DNA of 64,000 bases from Candidatus Latescibacterota bacterium (GCA_965116885.1 OZ220741.1:5440001-5504000); one strand, 5' to 3'; positions 1 to 10,784 are shown, counted from the stretch's first letter. Notes: a model not told the origin generated them from the letters alone. Numbers and translations: made by a program.

Positions 1-515
1 GGCAAATCTGTCGTCTGCAAATACGCTTTGAAATGCTTCCATCCCCCAATCCAGTGATCAAATCCACTGCGGGGGGCATCCTCGCCCGTACCGCCCTCCA
101 CCTGTACAAACTCAAAATCGCGCGCACTATCTACCCGCTTTTGTACCCAGCAATCGTCAAACGGACCGCGCCCTGTAAGCCCGCGGTACATATTTCCCCC
201 CAAATGCCACTTCCCAATCCACGCGGTTTGATAGCCCGCATCGCGAAATGTATTGCCTATAGACGGCAACGCGTCATCCAGTTCCACATTATTGGCCACC
301 ACCCCGTGGTTGTGCGTATAGCGCCCGGTCAAATACGTCGCCCGAGACGGCGTACACGGAAACGCCGCGATATAAAAATTGTCAAACCGCATGCCCTCGC
401 GTGCCAGGCGGTCTTGCGCAGGTGTCTCAACAACCGAATTGCCATAACAACCGATAGTCGATACCGGTTGCTGATCCGTCATAATCAAAAGCACATTTGG
501 ACGATCACCGGACAT
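1..515 (-). CDS. Sulfatase (arylsulfatase family); runs off the window start, so the 3' part is missing
   Basis: Manual translation from ATG 515: MSGDRPNVLLIMTDQQ...TPAQDRLAREGMRFDNFY..FPCTPSRATYLTGRY..GYQTAWIGKWHLG. Contains the CxPxR formylglycine motif and GKWHLG. Absent from the ORF track because no stop codon lies in the window. Confidence 0.92.
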   Translation of the reverse strand, partial: MSGDRPNVLLIMTDQQPVSTIGCYGNSVVETPAQDRLAREGMRFDNFYIAAFPCTPSRATYLTGRYTHNHGVVANNVELDDALPSIGNTFRDAGYQTAWIGKWHLGGNMYRGLTGRGPFDDCWVQKRVDSARDFEFVQVEGGTGEDAPRSGFDHWIGGWKHFKAYLQTTDL

Positions 516-530
516 TTTAATCCCCTCCCT

Positions 531-1601
531 CTACACCAAAAACTTCAGGCAAACGGGCATGGGCACTTCCGCGACATGCCGTGTCTCTGCCAATTTCCCG
601 GTCTCGTGGTCGATGGCAAAAGAAACAATCGTATCGCTACTTTGATTCTCTGCCAGCAAGTAATTGCCATCGGGCGAAAGCGCGATATTGCGAGGCGTTT
701 CTCCACCAGTGGAATGAATATCGACCGGCGTCAAGTGACCGCTGGACTCGTCAACCGCAAAAATGGCGACACTATCGTGCCCGCGATTTGACCCATACAC
801 AAACTTGCCATCGGATGAAACGTGAACATCCGCCGTATGGCTCGTATCTGAAAAATCCCCGGGCAACGTGGCGATAGATTGCAACTCGGTCAACGCGCCC
901 GTCTCTGCATCACAGGCGTACGCATTGACAGTATTGCCTATCTCATTGATCAGATAAGCGTATTGTCCCCCGGGATGAAAAGCAAAATGGCGCGGCCCCT
1001 CACCAGGCGCCACAGAGACGGATGGCGGATCATTCGCAAGGAGTTTGCCATTTTCGAGATCAAGCTCAAAAATCAACACCTTGTCCAAACCGAGATCGGC
1101 AACATAAACGCGTTTATTATCCGGCGAAATATTCGCAGAATGGGCGTGGGGACCTTGCTGCCGTTGCGGATTGACACTGCTGCCCTCGTGCTGAATAAAA
1201 TCCGACGCCGCACCCAACGCACCGTCTTCCCCAATGGGCAAAACACAGGTGCTCCCCCCACCGTAATTTGCCACCACAGCATAGCGACCCGTCGCATCGA
1301 TATTCAAATGACAGGGACCCGTTCCTACTGTCGATTGACGGTTGATAAACGCGAGATCTGCGGCTTCTGCATCAACAGCATACGCGCTAATCGCCCCCGC
1401 GCTCTCGCCATTGTATTCACTGATCTCATTGACCGCATAGAGAAATTGTCCATTGGGATGAACGGCGAGAAATGTCGGATTCTCACTCTCGATACTATTA
1501 GCCGGAGTGAGTTCACCCGTCTCGGTATTGAATCGGTGAACGTAAATACCTTTGCTACCAGTGCGGGTATAAGTACCAATAAAAGCGATGATATTGCTCA
1601 T
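531..1601 (-). CDS. pgl: 6-phosphogluconolactonase / lactonase family beta-propeller
   Basis: FIGTYT, GPCHL, ANYGGG, PHAH, DLGLD, GPRH, SNRGHDS and TPRN motifs. Confidence 0.9.
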   Translation of the reverse strand: MSNIIAFIGTYTRTGSKGIYVHRFNTETGELTPANSIESENPTFLAVHPNGQFLYAVNEISEYNGESAGAISAYAVDAEAADLAFINRQSTVGTGPCHLNIDATGRYAVVANYGGGSTCVLPIGEDGALGAASDFIQHEGSSVNPQRQQGPHAHSANISPDNKRVYVADLGLDKVLIFELDLENGKLLANDPPSVSVAPGEGPRHFAFHPGGQYAYLINEIGNTVNAYACDAETGALTELQSIATLPGDFSDTSHTADVHVSSDGKFVYGSNRGHDSVAIFAVDESSGHLTPVDIHSTGGETPRNIALSPDGNYLLAENQSSDTIVSFAIDHETGKLAETRHVAEVPMPVCLKFLV

Positions 1602-1613
1602 AGTAAATCTCCT

Positions 1614-2708
1614 TTAACGACTCAAAATATCGACGACCATATCGCCAAAATCGCTGGTCGAAAGAACATTCTTGGGATCGGTTATTTCTGAGGCGAGTTC
1701 AGAAGTGGCATATCCTCTCTCGAGAATATCGAACATAGCGTTCCACAAAGCGTCGGACTCCTCTTTCAGACCCAGACATTTATCCAGCAAAAATGCAATA
1801 CTGCCAATCATCGAATAGGGATTGGCGATATTTTGCCCCGCGATATCGGGTGCCGACCCGTGCGCCGGTTCCACATAGCCCTTTTCTGGCCCCATACACG
1901 CCGAAGGCATCAAACCGAGAGAGCCGAGTAAGCCCCCCGCCTGATCGGTCAGAATATCGCCCTGCATATTTTCCAAAAGCATAACCCCATTGAATTGCGT
2001 GGGATCTCTGACGAGTTGAAAAGCCGCATTATCGACGATAATCGATACGCATTCGACATCGTCGTATTCTTTTGCCATCTCTTCGATAATCGCATCCCAA
2101 AGCCGGGATGTCGCCAGCACATTGGATTTGTGGACATGGGTCATCTTGACGCCGAGACGTCGGGCTTCGTCAAACGCAACCTTTCCAATAGCGCGCACCT
2201 GCTCTTCGGTATAAACACAATCGTCGCGCGCGTATTTCATACCCGTAGCAGTACCTTCTTCTTTCTCCCCAAAATAAATACCACCCACCAGTTCCCGAAT
2301 CATGAGAATATCAATACCCTCTCCAATAACGCTATCGCGCAAAGGTGAAAATGACGCGAGGGATTTGGGCAGCCTGACCGGGCGATAATTGGCATACGTA
2401 TTAAAACGCTTTCGCAAAGGCAGAATAGCACCGAGTTCCGGGCGCAACTCCTGTGGGATTTTCTTCGTCTCTTCAATGGAAAGCCCCACCGGACCTTTGA
2501 TAATCGCGTCTGCCCGATCGCACAGGGCTTTTGTCTCATCGGGAAACGGACTGCCCTCGTCAAAATACGACACCGCACCAAAAGGCGCGTATTCCAGCAC
2601 AAACTCGTGATCGAACTTCTTTTCAATCGTGCGAAGCGCTTTAATCCCTTCGTGCATAATCTCGGGACCAATGCCGTCGCCTTCAAGCACGGCGAGGGTT
2701 TTTTTCAT
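1614..2708 (-). CDS. leuB: 3-isopropylmalate dehydrogenase
   Basis: GDGIGPE, LRK..YANYRP, RELVGGIYFG, KSNVLATSRLW and EPAHGSAPDIAGQNIANP. Confidence 0.92.
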   Translation of the reverse strand: MKKTLAVLEGDGIGPEIMHEGIKALRTIEKKFDHEFVLEYAPFGAVSYFDEGSPFPDETKALCDRADAIIKGPVGLSIEETKKIPQELRPELGAILPLRKRFNTYANYRPVRLPKSLASFSPLRDSVIGEGIDILMIRELVGGIYFGEKEEGTATGMKYARDDCVYTEEQVRAIGKVAFDEARRLGVKMTHVHKSNVLATSRLWDAIIEEMAKEYDDVECVSIIVDNAAFQLVRDPTQFNGVMLLENMQGDILTDQAGGLLGSLGLMPSACMGPEKGYVEPAHGSAPDIAGQNIANPYSMIGSIAFLLDKCLGLKEESDALWNAMFDILERGYATSELASEITDPKNVLSTSDFGDMVVDILSR

Positions 2709-2734
2709 AGTAAACCTTTCTGTTTAATGAAAAA

Positions 2735-3481
2735 TTACGAGTTAAGAGCCGGGCTAACTTCCGACGACGCCTCTCTATCTAAAATAAACGTACAATCCGA
2801 ATGTGTCTGTAAAAAACTCGCCGGACAGGATGGATGAGGAGCACCCTGAACAGCGCGAGCAATCGCTCCCGCCTTATCCGTACCCGTCGCCAGAAGAAGA
2901 ATCCGCCTCGCTTCACAAATCGTGGCAATCCCCGCAGTAAGTGCCTGTTTGGGCACATCGTCAACTCGCTCGAAAAAGCGACTATTCGCCGCAATCGTAC
3001 TCTCGGTCAAATCGACCAGACGGGTGCGAGAATCGGGCGCACTGCCAGGCTCGTTAAAAGCAATATGTCCATTGCGACCAATACCGAGCAACCACAGATC
3101 CACACCACCGCACGCCCGTATCCTGGCTTCAAAAGCCTCGCACTCGAGATCGGCATCCACTGCCATGCCATTGGGCACATGCGTATTCCACAGTTGAATA
3201 TCAGTACCGTCAAAAAACGTGTGATTCATAAAATAACGATAACTCTGCGGATGCCCACCATCAAGCCCCCAGTACTCATCGAGATTAAAAGTAGTCAAAC
3301 GCGAAAAACTCAGCCCCTCCCGATTCATCCGCACGAGTTCGGCATACGTCCTCACCGGCGTTGACCCCGTTGCCAAACCGAGCACAGCATCTGGCTTCTG
3401 GCGAATAAGCGCGGCAATTACCGATGCAGCGGCGCGGGCCACATCGTCGGGCGTATCGCAAATTTTCACTTGAATAGGCAT
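2735..3481 (-). CDS. nagB: Glucosamine-6-phosphate deaminase
   Basis: LGLATGSTP, TFNLDEY, LGIGRNGHIAFNEPGS and PASFLQTH; start set at ATG 3481. Confidence 0.93.
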   Translation of the reverse strand: MPIQVKICDTPDDVARAAASVIAALIRQKPDAVLGLATGSTPVRTYAELVRMNREGLSFSRLTTFNLDEYWGLDGGHPQSYRYFMNHTFFDGTDIQLWNTHVPNGMAVDADLECEAFEARIRACGGVDLWLLGIGRNGHIAFNEPGSAPDSRTRLVDLTESTIAANSRFFERVDDVPKQALTAGIATICEARRILLLATGTDKAGAIARAVQGAPHPSCPASFLQTHSDCTFILDREASSEVSPALNS

Positions 3482-3483
3482 AA

Positions 3484-5028
3484 TCAAACGCGGCGCAGCA
3501 CCTGACCGGGCAACGCACCTGTTGGTTCCCCATTGGCAATGACGGACTGTCCGTTGACAAAAACATATGAAATACCGACTGGCGGCAGCGTGGGATTTTC
3601 AAAAGTAGATCTCGCAGCCACCGTATCGGGATCAAAAACAACGAGATCAGCGGCCTTGCCCACAGCGAGTTCGCCCCGGTCGGGGATATTGAAACGCTGT
3701 GCGGGAAAACCGCTCATTTTGTAAATCGCCTCCTCAAAAGTCAGCAACTCGCGCTCGCGCACAAAATGACCCAGCACGCGCGCAAAACACCCAAAACCCC
3801 GCGGATGCGGATGCGGAATATTAAAAATGCCATCACTGGCAATCATCATACGCGGATGAGTAGCCGTGCGCGTCACGGTCTGCTCCGCTACTTCGGGATC
3901 AACCTGCCACGGAAAAATAACGGCATGGTGTTCGCGCTCCTGAAAAATCAGATCGTAGGCAAAATCTTCAAGAGATGTATTTGCCCTGGCCGCGAGATCG
4001 CACAGGCGTTCTCCCGCGTACCTGCCCGAGCCAGTATAACCAACAATCTGATCGCCGCGCCCGAGCCAGGTCTTGAGTTCGGCGACGGACTCAGCGCGAA
4101 TCCCCAGGTCTTCAAGGCGCGCATTGACCTCATCCGGGCTACCGACCTGAAACTTCATGGGCAGCATCATATACAAATGCGTCATCCCGGCCGGATAGAG
4201 ATAAGATTCAAAAGTCAGATCGATATTTTCGCGCTCAATTCTATCCAGCAAATCGGCATTCTCGTCGTTGACCCGCTCGTGCGAAATGTGAACCGGGATA
4301 TTTGCGGCGCGGGAAAGCGCAATCGTCTCTTCCCATGCGGCAACGCGCCCAATCGTGTGATAGCGCACATGAGCCGCGTAAATACCCCCGTATTCCGCCG
4401 TAACTTTGCAAAGCGCAACAAGCTCCCGAAAATCCGCATTCGCACTCGGCTGATAATCGAGACCCAGATTGAGCGCACCGGCCCCCGCCTCCATCCATTG
4501 GCGCGTGAGATCCGCCATCTGTGCAATCTCATCATCTGTTGCCGGTCGCGCATCCCACCCACATGCAGACAAGCGAACCGCGCAATGCGGAACTTGCGGA
4601 TACACATTTGCCGCGCTGTTATTGGGAAAAAGACTCAAATAATCCTCAGGCGTTTGCCAGCCAATCGGCATATCGACCTCGCCAACGGAAAAGCGCGTAT
4701 ATGTCCACAACTCGCGCGTGCGCTCGGGCGAGAGTCCCGTCCACCCAAACCCATCGGGCGTCAGAAGTTGCGTCGTAATACCCTGCTGCACCTCGGCATA
4801 GCGATGAACACCCGTGAGCAGGGCAATCTCCGAATGAACATGCACATCGATAAAACCGGGACAAACGATATGTCCCGTCGCATCGATAACCGTATCGGCC
4901 TCTGCCTGAGACAAATCGCCAATGGCCTCAATGCGATCCCCGAAAATGCCAACATCTGCCTGAAAACCGGGCGTTCGCCCTGTGCCGTCAATTACTGTGC
5001 TATTGCGAATAATGAGATCGAAAGTCAC
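3484..5028 (-). CDS. N-acyl-D-amino-acid deacylase (D-aminoacylase) family amidohydrolase
   Basis: VIDGTG, PGFIDVHVHSE, PHPRGFGCFARVLG and ADLVVFDP. Confidence 0.88.
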   Translation of the reverse strand: MTFDLIIRNSTVIDGTGRTPGFQADVGIFGDRIEAIGDLSQAEADTVIDATGHIVCPGFIDVHVHSEIALLTGVHRYAEVQQGITTQLLTPDGFGWTGLSPERTRELWTYTRFSVGEVDMPIGWQTPEDYLSLFPNNSAANVYPQVPHCAVRLSACGWDARPATDDEIAQMADLTRQWMEAGAGALNLGLDYQPSANADFRELVALCKVTAEYGGIYAAHVRYHTIGRVAAWEETIALSRAANIPVHISHERVNDENADLLDRIERENIDLTFESYLYPAGMTHLYMMLPMKFQVGSPDEVNARLEDLGIRAESVAELKTWLGRGDQIVGYTGSGRYAGERLCDLAARANTSLEDFAYDLIFQEREHHAVIFPWQVDPEVAEQTVTRTATHPRMMIASDGIFNIPHPHPRGFGCFARVLGHFVRERELLTFEEAIYKMSGFPAQRFNIPDRGELAVGKAADLVVFDPDTVAARSTFENPTLPPVGISYVFVNGQSVIANGEPTGALPGQVLRRV

Positions 5029-5031
5029 TTT

Positions 5032-6960
5032 TTACCACCTGTTGAGTTTGTGCCCATTGCCCGGAAAAAAAAGCGCATCTACAACAACACCCAATGCAAT
5101 ACCGGCAATTTGACCAGCCAGCATACCCAGAAACAAAGGCGCGATTTTGCGATAGTGTTCAAGACCGCCAAATTTGAGGATGAGCGTTTTGATCGCCCAG
5201 CTAAAAAAAATAGAAAATAAGCTACTCCGCAAGACGCCCGACGATGAAATCGTAAACCCAATCGGATGAAGCGGAAAGTGGGGAAAACGATAGCGAATAT
5301 AGAGCAAAATACCTGTAAAAGCAGCACCAATACCCAAAAAACGCACGCGATTCCAGTCCGTACTCATCGTCCCGGCGTGTACGCGGTTGGCGGTATAAGT
5401 CCACGAACCCACGGCACCGTCACCAGACCCATTAAAACTAACCACCCCAAAATTATAACTGCCAATACCGTAATAACCCTGATAGAGAGTAAAAGCAATA
5501 ACAGTAGTTGCGCCGATCAAGGCACCAGCGGCAATCGCGGGAACAAAAGCGCGGCGGCGCTCGGTGGGCACAACCGCGGCCAGACGCGGGACATGTGCAA
5601 GCGTTGTAATCGCAAATGTCTTGGCATCGCAAAAAAATGTATAAGTCAGCCCCAGTGCAACCGCACTCGGTGCCCCCATACCCGCAATACCCAGTACGTG
5701 CCAGGTAAATGCCTGAGCAGTAATAGGACCGCGCAAAAAAACCAGACCGCTTTCGGCAATAATATGCGAAAGGCCGAGATAGAGAATCAGCGTAGCACCC
5801 CAAAAGGTGAGTAAAGTAACGGCATTCATACCCGATTGCACGAGAAAAAAGATCGTGTACACACTGCACAAGAGCAAAATAATAAATGCCGTACGATAGG
5901 ACAAAAGTTCTCCCGCATCATCTATCTGCGCGTTGCGAGACCGCACCTTGTGCCAAACATCGCGCAAATGTGTGCGCGCCATCCACAGCCCCCACAGAAC
6001 GAGAATAATAAACCCTCCAAAACTCTGCCACCCAATCGCCGGTGCCATAGAACACCACATATCGGAACCGCCAAAATCCAACCCAAAACGATTGAAAATA
6101 CCAACCTGAAGAATGGCGAGCAGGTGAAAAAACCAGATGCTGTACAACACATCTGATTTCGTGAAATAGGCAAATGCAATCGTCATCGGCTGAAATAGAA
6201 ACCACAGTGGAGGAAAACCCCGACCAATGGGGATATTGATCTGCCTCATAACATCCAGACGGGGCAAAGCCGTAATGAACCATGAGGCGACATTCCAGCA
6301 AAAAACGCCAAAAATGAGTGCAAATCCAATCTGAAAAAAGCGCGAGCGAATAAGATTGGCAAACGCATCTTTCGAATCACCCGTACCCGTCAGTTCGAGA
6401 AGTGCCGTAGCAATGGGAAAAGAGAGCCGTTCGTGCTCCATCCACTGTTTGCGTAAAAGAATAACCACACAGAAATTGGCGAGAAATACAGCACCCAAAA
6501 AAAGGATCCAGCCGGGAAAAAGCGCGATCCACGCATCCCAGGGAAAAGGGGCACCGGGCGGTAGCCCTTCGTAAAACCCCGTAGCCGCAGCGCGGTCTGT
6601 CAGCACATTCCAATCGGTAAAATGTGGCCACAGCCTTTCATCCCACATATTCTGCGTTGAAGCAAAATAAATAGGCGCAGTAACAACACCGAGAAAATAA
6701 CCCGAAAGCCACTCGCCTTGCATATTGGCAGCCACCATGCCAATGCTACATATCGCGATAAGTTCAAAGGATGAGAGGCCCTTAAATCTATGCGAAAAGA
6801 CGTAATTGAAAGCGAGCAAGGCCAAAAAGGGAATGAGAAAAGCCACAGACAAATGGGCAAAATCCGCGCGAGAAGAACGCAGAATCAGGCTGCTATACGC
6901 AGGCCAAAAATTCACCCAAACAGATAGACAAAGGCCAATGATGATCGCGCGAATGGTCAT
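5032..6960 (-). CDS. Polytopic membrane protein, probable peptide/OPT-like transporter (DUF6785/DUF6784-like)
   Basis: Many TM segments; LRKQWMEHERLSFPI and FPLHPIG motifs; start moved to ATG 6960. Confidence 0.65.
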   Translation of the reverse strand: MTIRAIIIGLCLSVWVNFWPAYSSLILRSSRADFAHLSVAFLIPFLALLAFNYVFSHRFKGLSSFELIAICSIGMVAANMQGEWLSGYFLGVVTAPIYFASTQNMWDERLWPHFTDWNVLTDRAAATGFYEGLPPGAPFPWDAWIALFPGWILFLGAVFLANFCVVILLRKQWMEHERLSFPIATALLELTGTGDSKDAFANLIRSRFFQIGFALIFGVFCWNVASWFITALPRLDVMRQINIPIGRGFPPLWFLFQPMTIAFAYFTKSDVLYSIWFFHLLAILQVGIFNRFGLDFGGSDMWCSMAPAIGWQSFGGFIILVLWGLWMARTHLRDVWHKVRSRNAQIDDAGELLSYRTAFIILLLCSVYTIFFLVQSGMNAVTLLTFWGATLILYLGLSHIIAESGLVFLRGPITAQAFTWHVLGIAGMGAPSAVALGLTYTFFCDAKTFAITTLAHVPRLAAVVPTERRRAFVPAIAAGALIGATTVIAFTLYQGYYGIGSYNFGVVSFNGSGDGAVGSWTYTANRVHAGTMSTDWNRVRFLGIGAAFTGILLYIRYRFPHFPLHPIGFTISSSGVLRSSLFSIFFSWAIKTLILKFGGLEHYRKIAPLFLGMLAGQIAGIALGVVVDALFFPGNGHKLNRW

Positions 6961-7002
6961 AGGACACCGAAATATGAAAAATAAACAAAAAATCGGGCGT
7001 CC

Positions 7003-7031
7003 ATAATAACACCGAGAACCGTCTCGGTCAA
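7003..7031 (-). promoter_or_regulatory. sigma70-type promoter for the leftward operon, with an 18-bp palindrome over the spacer
   Basis: Minus strand TTGACC-N17-TATTAT with TG extension; ACCGAGA-accg-TCTCGGT at 7011-7028. Confidence 0.6.
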
Positions 7032-7064
7032 GCTGCGTACTATTATTATTCCCATTCCGACATC

Positions 7065-7093
7065 TTGACATGAGAGTAATGGCGACTTATCAT
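7065..7093 (+). promoter_or_regulatory. sigma70-type promoter for the rightward operon
   Basis: TTGACA-N17-TATCAT. Confidence 0.65.
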
Positions 7094-7139
7094 GAGCGTT
7101 CCATCATTCATAGAGTATCACACATAGCCGAGGCTTATT

Positions 7140-7919
7140 ATGCACCAGACTTTCTCAGGCATCCTGGAAGAAATGACCATAGACGACGTGCGATCTCTCA
7201 CACCCAATGTAGCGGTCATCCCCATAGGCTCCACCGAACCGCACGGACCTGCATTGCCCTATGGAACGGACAACTTTCAGGTCGAATACGTCGCTTACGG
7301 AGGCACGCGCAAAGCCAATGAAATGGGCGGGCGCGTCGTGTGTTTGCCCACACAGCGGGTGAGCTTAAACAACAACTTCCGCGCTTTCCCATTCGCCTGC
7401 CGCATGCAAGTCCCCACATTTATGAACCTGTTGAAAGACCTCGTGGCAATGTGCCGCGCGGAAAATGTACACCGCATTGTATTCATCAATGGTCACGGCG
7501 GCAATCCCGACGCCCTCCGCGCAACACAGCGCGATTTAGCCGCACAAGATAACCTCTTCACATGCTTGATCAGCACGGGATCCTGTGCATCGGAAGACGC
7601 AAAAGCCTTATGGGAAAATCGCAGCGATCACGCAGGCGAAGAAGAAACCTCCCAAATCCTGTTCTTGCGCCCCGAACTCGTGCGCGAAGATCTGATAGCC
7701 AACAACCCTCCCCAGTATCCCAAATTGAAAACACTGCGGGAATTTGACATCCACTTTGTGCGTCCCTGGCATTTGTATTTGCCCATATCCGCTGGCGGCG
7801 ACGCGCGAAAAGCATCGGCGCAAAAAGGCGAGACCGTCTTAAACTCAGCCGTGGAAGGAACCGGGCGATTCCTTGCTGAACTATCACAGGCAGAGGACTC
7901 AGAGACATTTCCCTATTGA
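7140..7919 (+). CDS. Creatininase-family amidohydrolase
   Basis: PIGSTEPHGPALPYGTD, NGHGGN and DHAGEEETS. Confidence 0.9.
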   Translation: MHQTFSGILEEMTIDDVRSLTPNVAVIPIGSTEPHGPALPYGTDNFQVEYVAYGGTRKANEMGGRVVCLPTQRVSLNNNFRAFPFACRMQVPTFMNLLKDLVAMCRAENVHRIVFINGHGGNPDALRATQRDLAAQDNLFTCLISTGSCASEDAKALWENRSDHAGEEETSQILFLRPELVREDLIANNPPQYPKLKTLREFDIHFVRPWHLYLPISAGGDARKASAQKGETVLNSAVEGTGRFLAELSQAEDSETFPY

Positions 7920-7931
7920 AAGGACCACAGC

Positions 7932-9020
7932 ATGATCACCTATGACACACTCGGCGTAAAACCATTTATCAACGCGAGTGGCACAATTACCACACTCGGC
8001 GGCAGCTTAATGCCAGATGAAGTACTGGAGGCGATGTGCGCGGCGGGAGGGTCATTTGTCGATTTGAACGACCTGCTCGTAAAAGCGGGTGAATATCTGG
8101 CAGACCGCATTGGCGTACCCGCAGCCTTTATCTCGTGTGGTGCAGCCAGCGGTGTACAATTATCCGCTGCGGCGTGTTTGACGGGACCCGACATAGCAAA
8201 AGCGCGCCAGTTGCCGCATACACAGGGATGGCAAAACGAATTTATAATCAGCCTCGTCGATAGCCATACGTACATCCATCAGGGCATTGAAGTCTGCGGA
8301 GGCAAACTCGTGCGGGTTGGCAGCAAACAAGCGGTAACCAGTGAAGACCTCATCGGCGGAATCGGTGAAAAAACAGCGGCTGTGGTGCATTTCTTGGGCA
8401 AACAAAGCAAAGAGCAACTCGCAGAAGTCATCGCAGGCGCCGACAAACAAGGCGTACCCGTCATGGTGGATGCGGCTGCGCAGTTGCCTCCTCGCTCAAA
8501 CTTAACCGAACTCGTCGAAATGGGTGCGAGCCTGGTGACATTCAGCGGAGGCAAAGGATTGTGCGGACCTCAAAACAGCGGTCTGGTCGTTGGAAAAGAG
8601 GATTGCGTAGAAGCCGTGCGGATCAATGCCAGTCCCCACTCGGCCATTGGACGCGGCATGAAAGTCGGCAAAGAAGAAATCCTGGGATTAATCGTAGCTG
8701 TAGATCTATTTTTGAGCCGAAGCGATGACGAAGACTGCCAGCGCTGGCACGGGCAAGCTCGCGTCGTGGTAGATGCAGTAAAAAATATCGCAAACGCCTA
8801 TGTCATGACCGACGGACAGGATGCCGCGCCCGAGATTGCGCCCCGCGCATACATAGACCTGCCGGATGGACAGCGCGATGCCGTGATACATGCATTGAAA
8901 GAAGGCGAGCCATCAATTGTCGTGCGGCGAAGTCCCAGAGGTATTATGATCGACCCCATGACCATGCAAATAGGTGAAGAAGCCGTAGTCGCAGAAAAAT
9001 TGCTGGAGGTACTGACATGA
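7932..9020 (+). CDS. SelA-like / DgaE-like PLP-dependent enzyme
   Basis: INASGTITTLGGS, VDAAAQLPP, FSGGKGLCGPQ and IGRGMKVGKEEI. Confidence 0.85.
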   Translation: MITYDTLGVKPFINASGTITTLGGSLMPDEVLEAMCAAGGSFVDLNDLLVKAGEYLADRIGVPAAFISCGAASGVQLSAAACLTGPDIAKARQLPHTQGWQNEFIISLVDSHTYIHQGIEVCGGKLVRVGSKQAVTSEDLIGGIGEKTAAVVHFLGKQSKEQLAEVIAGADKQGVPVMVDAAAQLPPRSNLTELVEMGASLVTFSGGKGLCGPQNSGLVVGKEDCVEAVRINASPHSAIGRGMKVGKEEILGLIVAVDLFLSRSDDEDCQRWHGQARVVVDAVKNIANAYVMTDGQDAAPEIAPRAYIDLPDGQRDAVIHALKEGEPSIVVRRSPRGIMIDPMTMQIGEEAVVAEKLLEVLT

Positions 9021-9844
9021 TCGACGCGCATTTACACCTCACGCACAACGGCAGATCGGTTGAAGAAACCATCACACATATCGAAGCCATCGGCGCGGAA
9101 AAAGCCGTCATGCTACCCATTGAAGATGGCGACGACGAATTTGGCTGGATGACCGAAGACATAGTAAAGGCGCATCGGGATTATCCGGACACCATCATAC
9201 CCTTCTGCCATGTAGATGTCACGCGGGAAGACGCCGTGACCGAACTGGAAAAACGCGCCGCCAGCGGCGTATTTAAGGGCTATGGCGAACAAAAACAGCA
9301 CCTGCGACTGGACGATCCGCGATTGGAAAACATATTGACAATCTGCAATGAATTGAACTGGCCCGTAACCTGGCACTTTCAAGAAGGCGAGCGGGGATAT
9401 AACCAGGGAATTGAACACCTCGAAGTGCTCCTGAAAAAATTCCCCAATACTAAATTCATCGGCCATGCCCAATCGTGGTGGGCGCATATCAGCGCCGCCG
9501 TACCCGCCCCCGAAGAGACCCTGTATCCCACAGGCGCGGTCAAACCCGGCGGCTTAATAGATCGGCTATTGGCAGACTATCCCAATATGTTTGCCGATTT
9601 ATCCGCGGGTTCGGGTCTGGGTGGCCTGACGCGGGACGAGGACTTTACCGCGGGATTCCTGGCGCGGCATGGCAAAAAATTGATGTTTGCCACGGACTGT
9701 CCATGTAGAGATGGCAAAGGTGAGGGCCTCTCCCGCGGCGCGTGTTTCGCGCAATTGAGTCTCCCATTCCTCAACCGCATGCTCGCTCCCGATGCACTGG
9801 AGGATATCTTGCACAACAATGCAGTGAGGATTTTAAACCTGTGA
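9017..9844 (+). CDS. Amidohydrolase_2 family metal-dependent hydrolase
   Basis: IDAHLH, FIGHA, ADLSAGSG and FATD. Confidence 0.85.
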   Translation: MIDAHLHLTHNGRSVEETITHIEAIGAEKAVMLPIEDGDDEFGWMTEDIVKAHRDYPDTIIPFCHVDVTREDAVTELEKRAASGVFKGYGEQKQHLRLDDPRLENILTICNELNWPVTWHFQEGERGYNQGIEHLEVLLKKFPNTKFIGHAQSWWAHISAAVPAPEETLYPTGAVKPGGLIDRLLADYPNMFADLSAGSGLGGLTRDEDFTAGFLARHGKKLMFATDCPCRDGKGEGLSRGACFAQLSLPFLNRMLAPDALEDILHNNAVRILNL

Positions 9845-9872
9845 GAACCAGACTATCCTGCAGGAGCATAGT

Positions 9873-10784
9873 TTGAAAAAAGTTTATGTGTTGCTGACAA
9901 TGGACTGCGAGACGGCCAGATCCGACGTGACCCCACATGCGCGGCAAATGTCGGGCAGTGGCCCTGCGGATTACCGGGAGAGTGAACGGTCGATCTATTT
10001 TTACTTTGAAACGGCAAAGACGTACGGGTTTCCGGTCACGTTTTTTGCACACCCGGAAGTAGCGCTTGAGAATGCGGACCTGCTTCAGACGCTACAGGAA
10101 CAGGGCGCGTGTTTGGGGCTGCATTTGCATCCATACAAACTCAGTGGAGGAAGATACAAATACGATCTGGGCGCATATTCTGCGCATGCGCAACGCGAGA
10201 TTATTCAAGAGGCAATGGAGATATGGGCGTCTGCGCTGGGCAAGGTGCCCCGTTATTTCAGGGCGGGTTATTTTTCGGCCAATGATTGCACATTCGACGT
10301 GCTGAGCGAACTGGGATTTGTGGGCGGCAGTCTTTCAAATCCGGGGCGGGTTCTACCCGCGCACTGCAGTGTTTGGGCCGGTGCAGAGTCCTATCCCCAC
10401 CGGGCGCATCTGGGATTTCGTTTGATTCGAGGAAATAGCGACTTTATCAATGTGCCGGTATCCGCAGCATTTGGCAGGCCGGTTGCGAAGGGCCATGCAG
10501 GCGAGCAGGGCTATGAATGGTCCTATGTCCCGCACACGTACGACCACAGGGCAATTATTCGGGATGTACTGAATCGTTTCCGAACCGAAAATCCCCGGTT
10601 TGGCACCCTTGTGACGGACAGCCATAATGACCAGGATTATTCCGACCCCGGGCATCCCGCAAGGCAGAACCTGGAGTTGATACTCAGATCGATTGGGGAC
10701 TTCTGCGGACAGATGGAGATGATCCCCGTGGGGATTACGCTCGATGCCCTGTGTGAGCTTGTTCTGAAGGAAAGACCGACATGA
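9873..10784 (+). CDS. Polysaccharide deacetylase-like protein
   Basis: TMDCE, GLHLHP and FRAGYFS (NodB-like fold motifs). Confidence 0.7.
   Translation: MKKVYVLLTMDCETARSDVTPHARQMSGSGPADYRESERSIYFYFETAKTYGFPVTFFAHPEVALENADLLQTLQEQGACLGLHLHPYKLSGGRYKYDLGAYSAHAQREIIQEAMEIWASALGKVPRYFRAGYFSANDCTFDVLSELGFVGGSLSNPGRVLPAHCSVWAGAESYPHRAHLGFRLIRGNSDFINVPVSAAFGRPVAKGHAGEQGYEWSYVPHTYDHRAIIRDVLNRFRTENPRFGTLVTDSHNDQDYSDPGHPARQNLELILRSIGDFCGQMEMIPVGITLDALCELVLKERPT

Noticed and set aside
3766..5220. 484-aa plus-strand ORF (likewise 33-791 and 879-1691)
   Set aside because: Antisense shadows of well-supported minus-strand genes.
7932..9020. Selenocysteine synthase selA
   Set aside because: Too short, lacks the SelA N-terminal domain, and no selB/selC/selD nearby.
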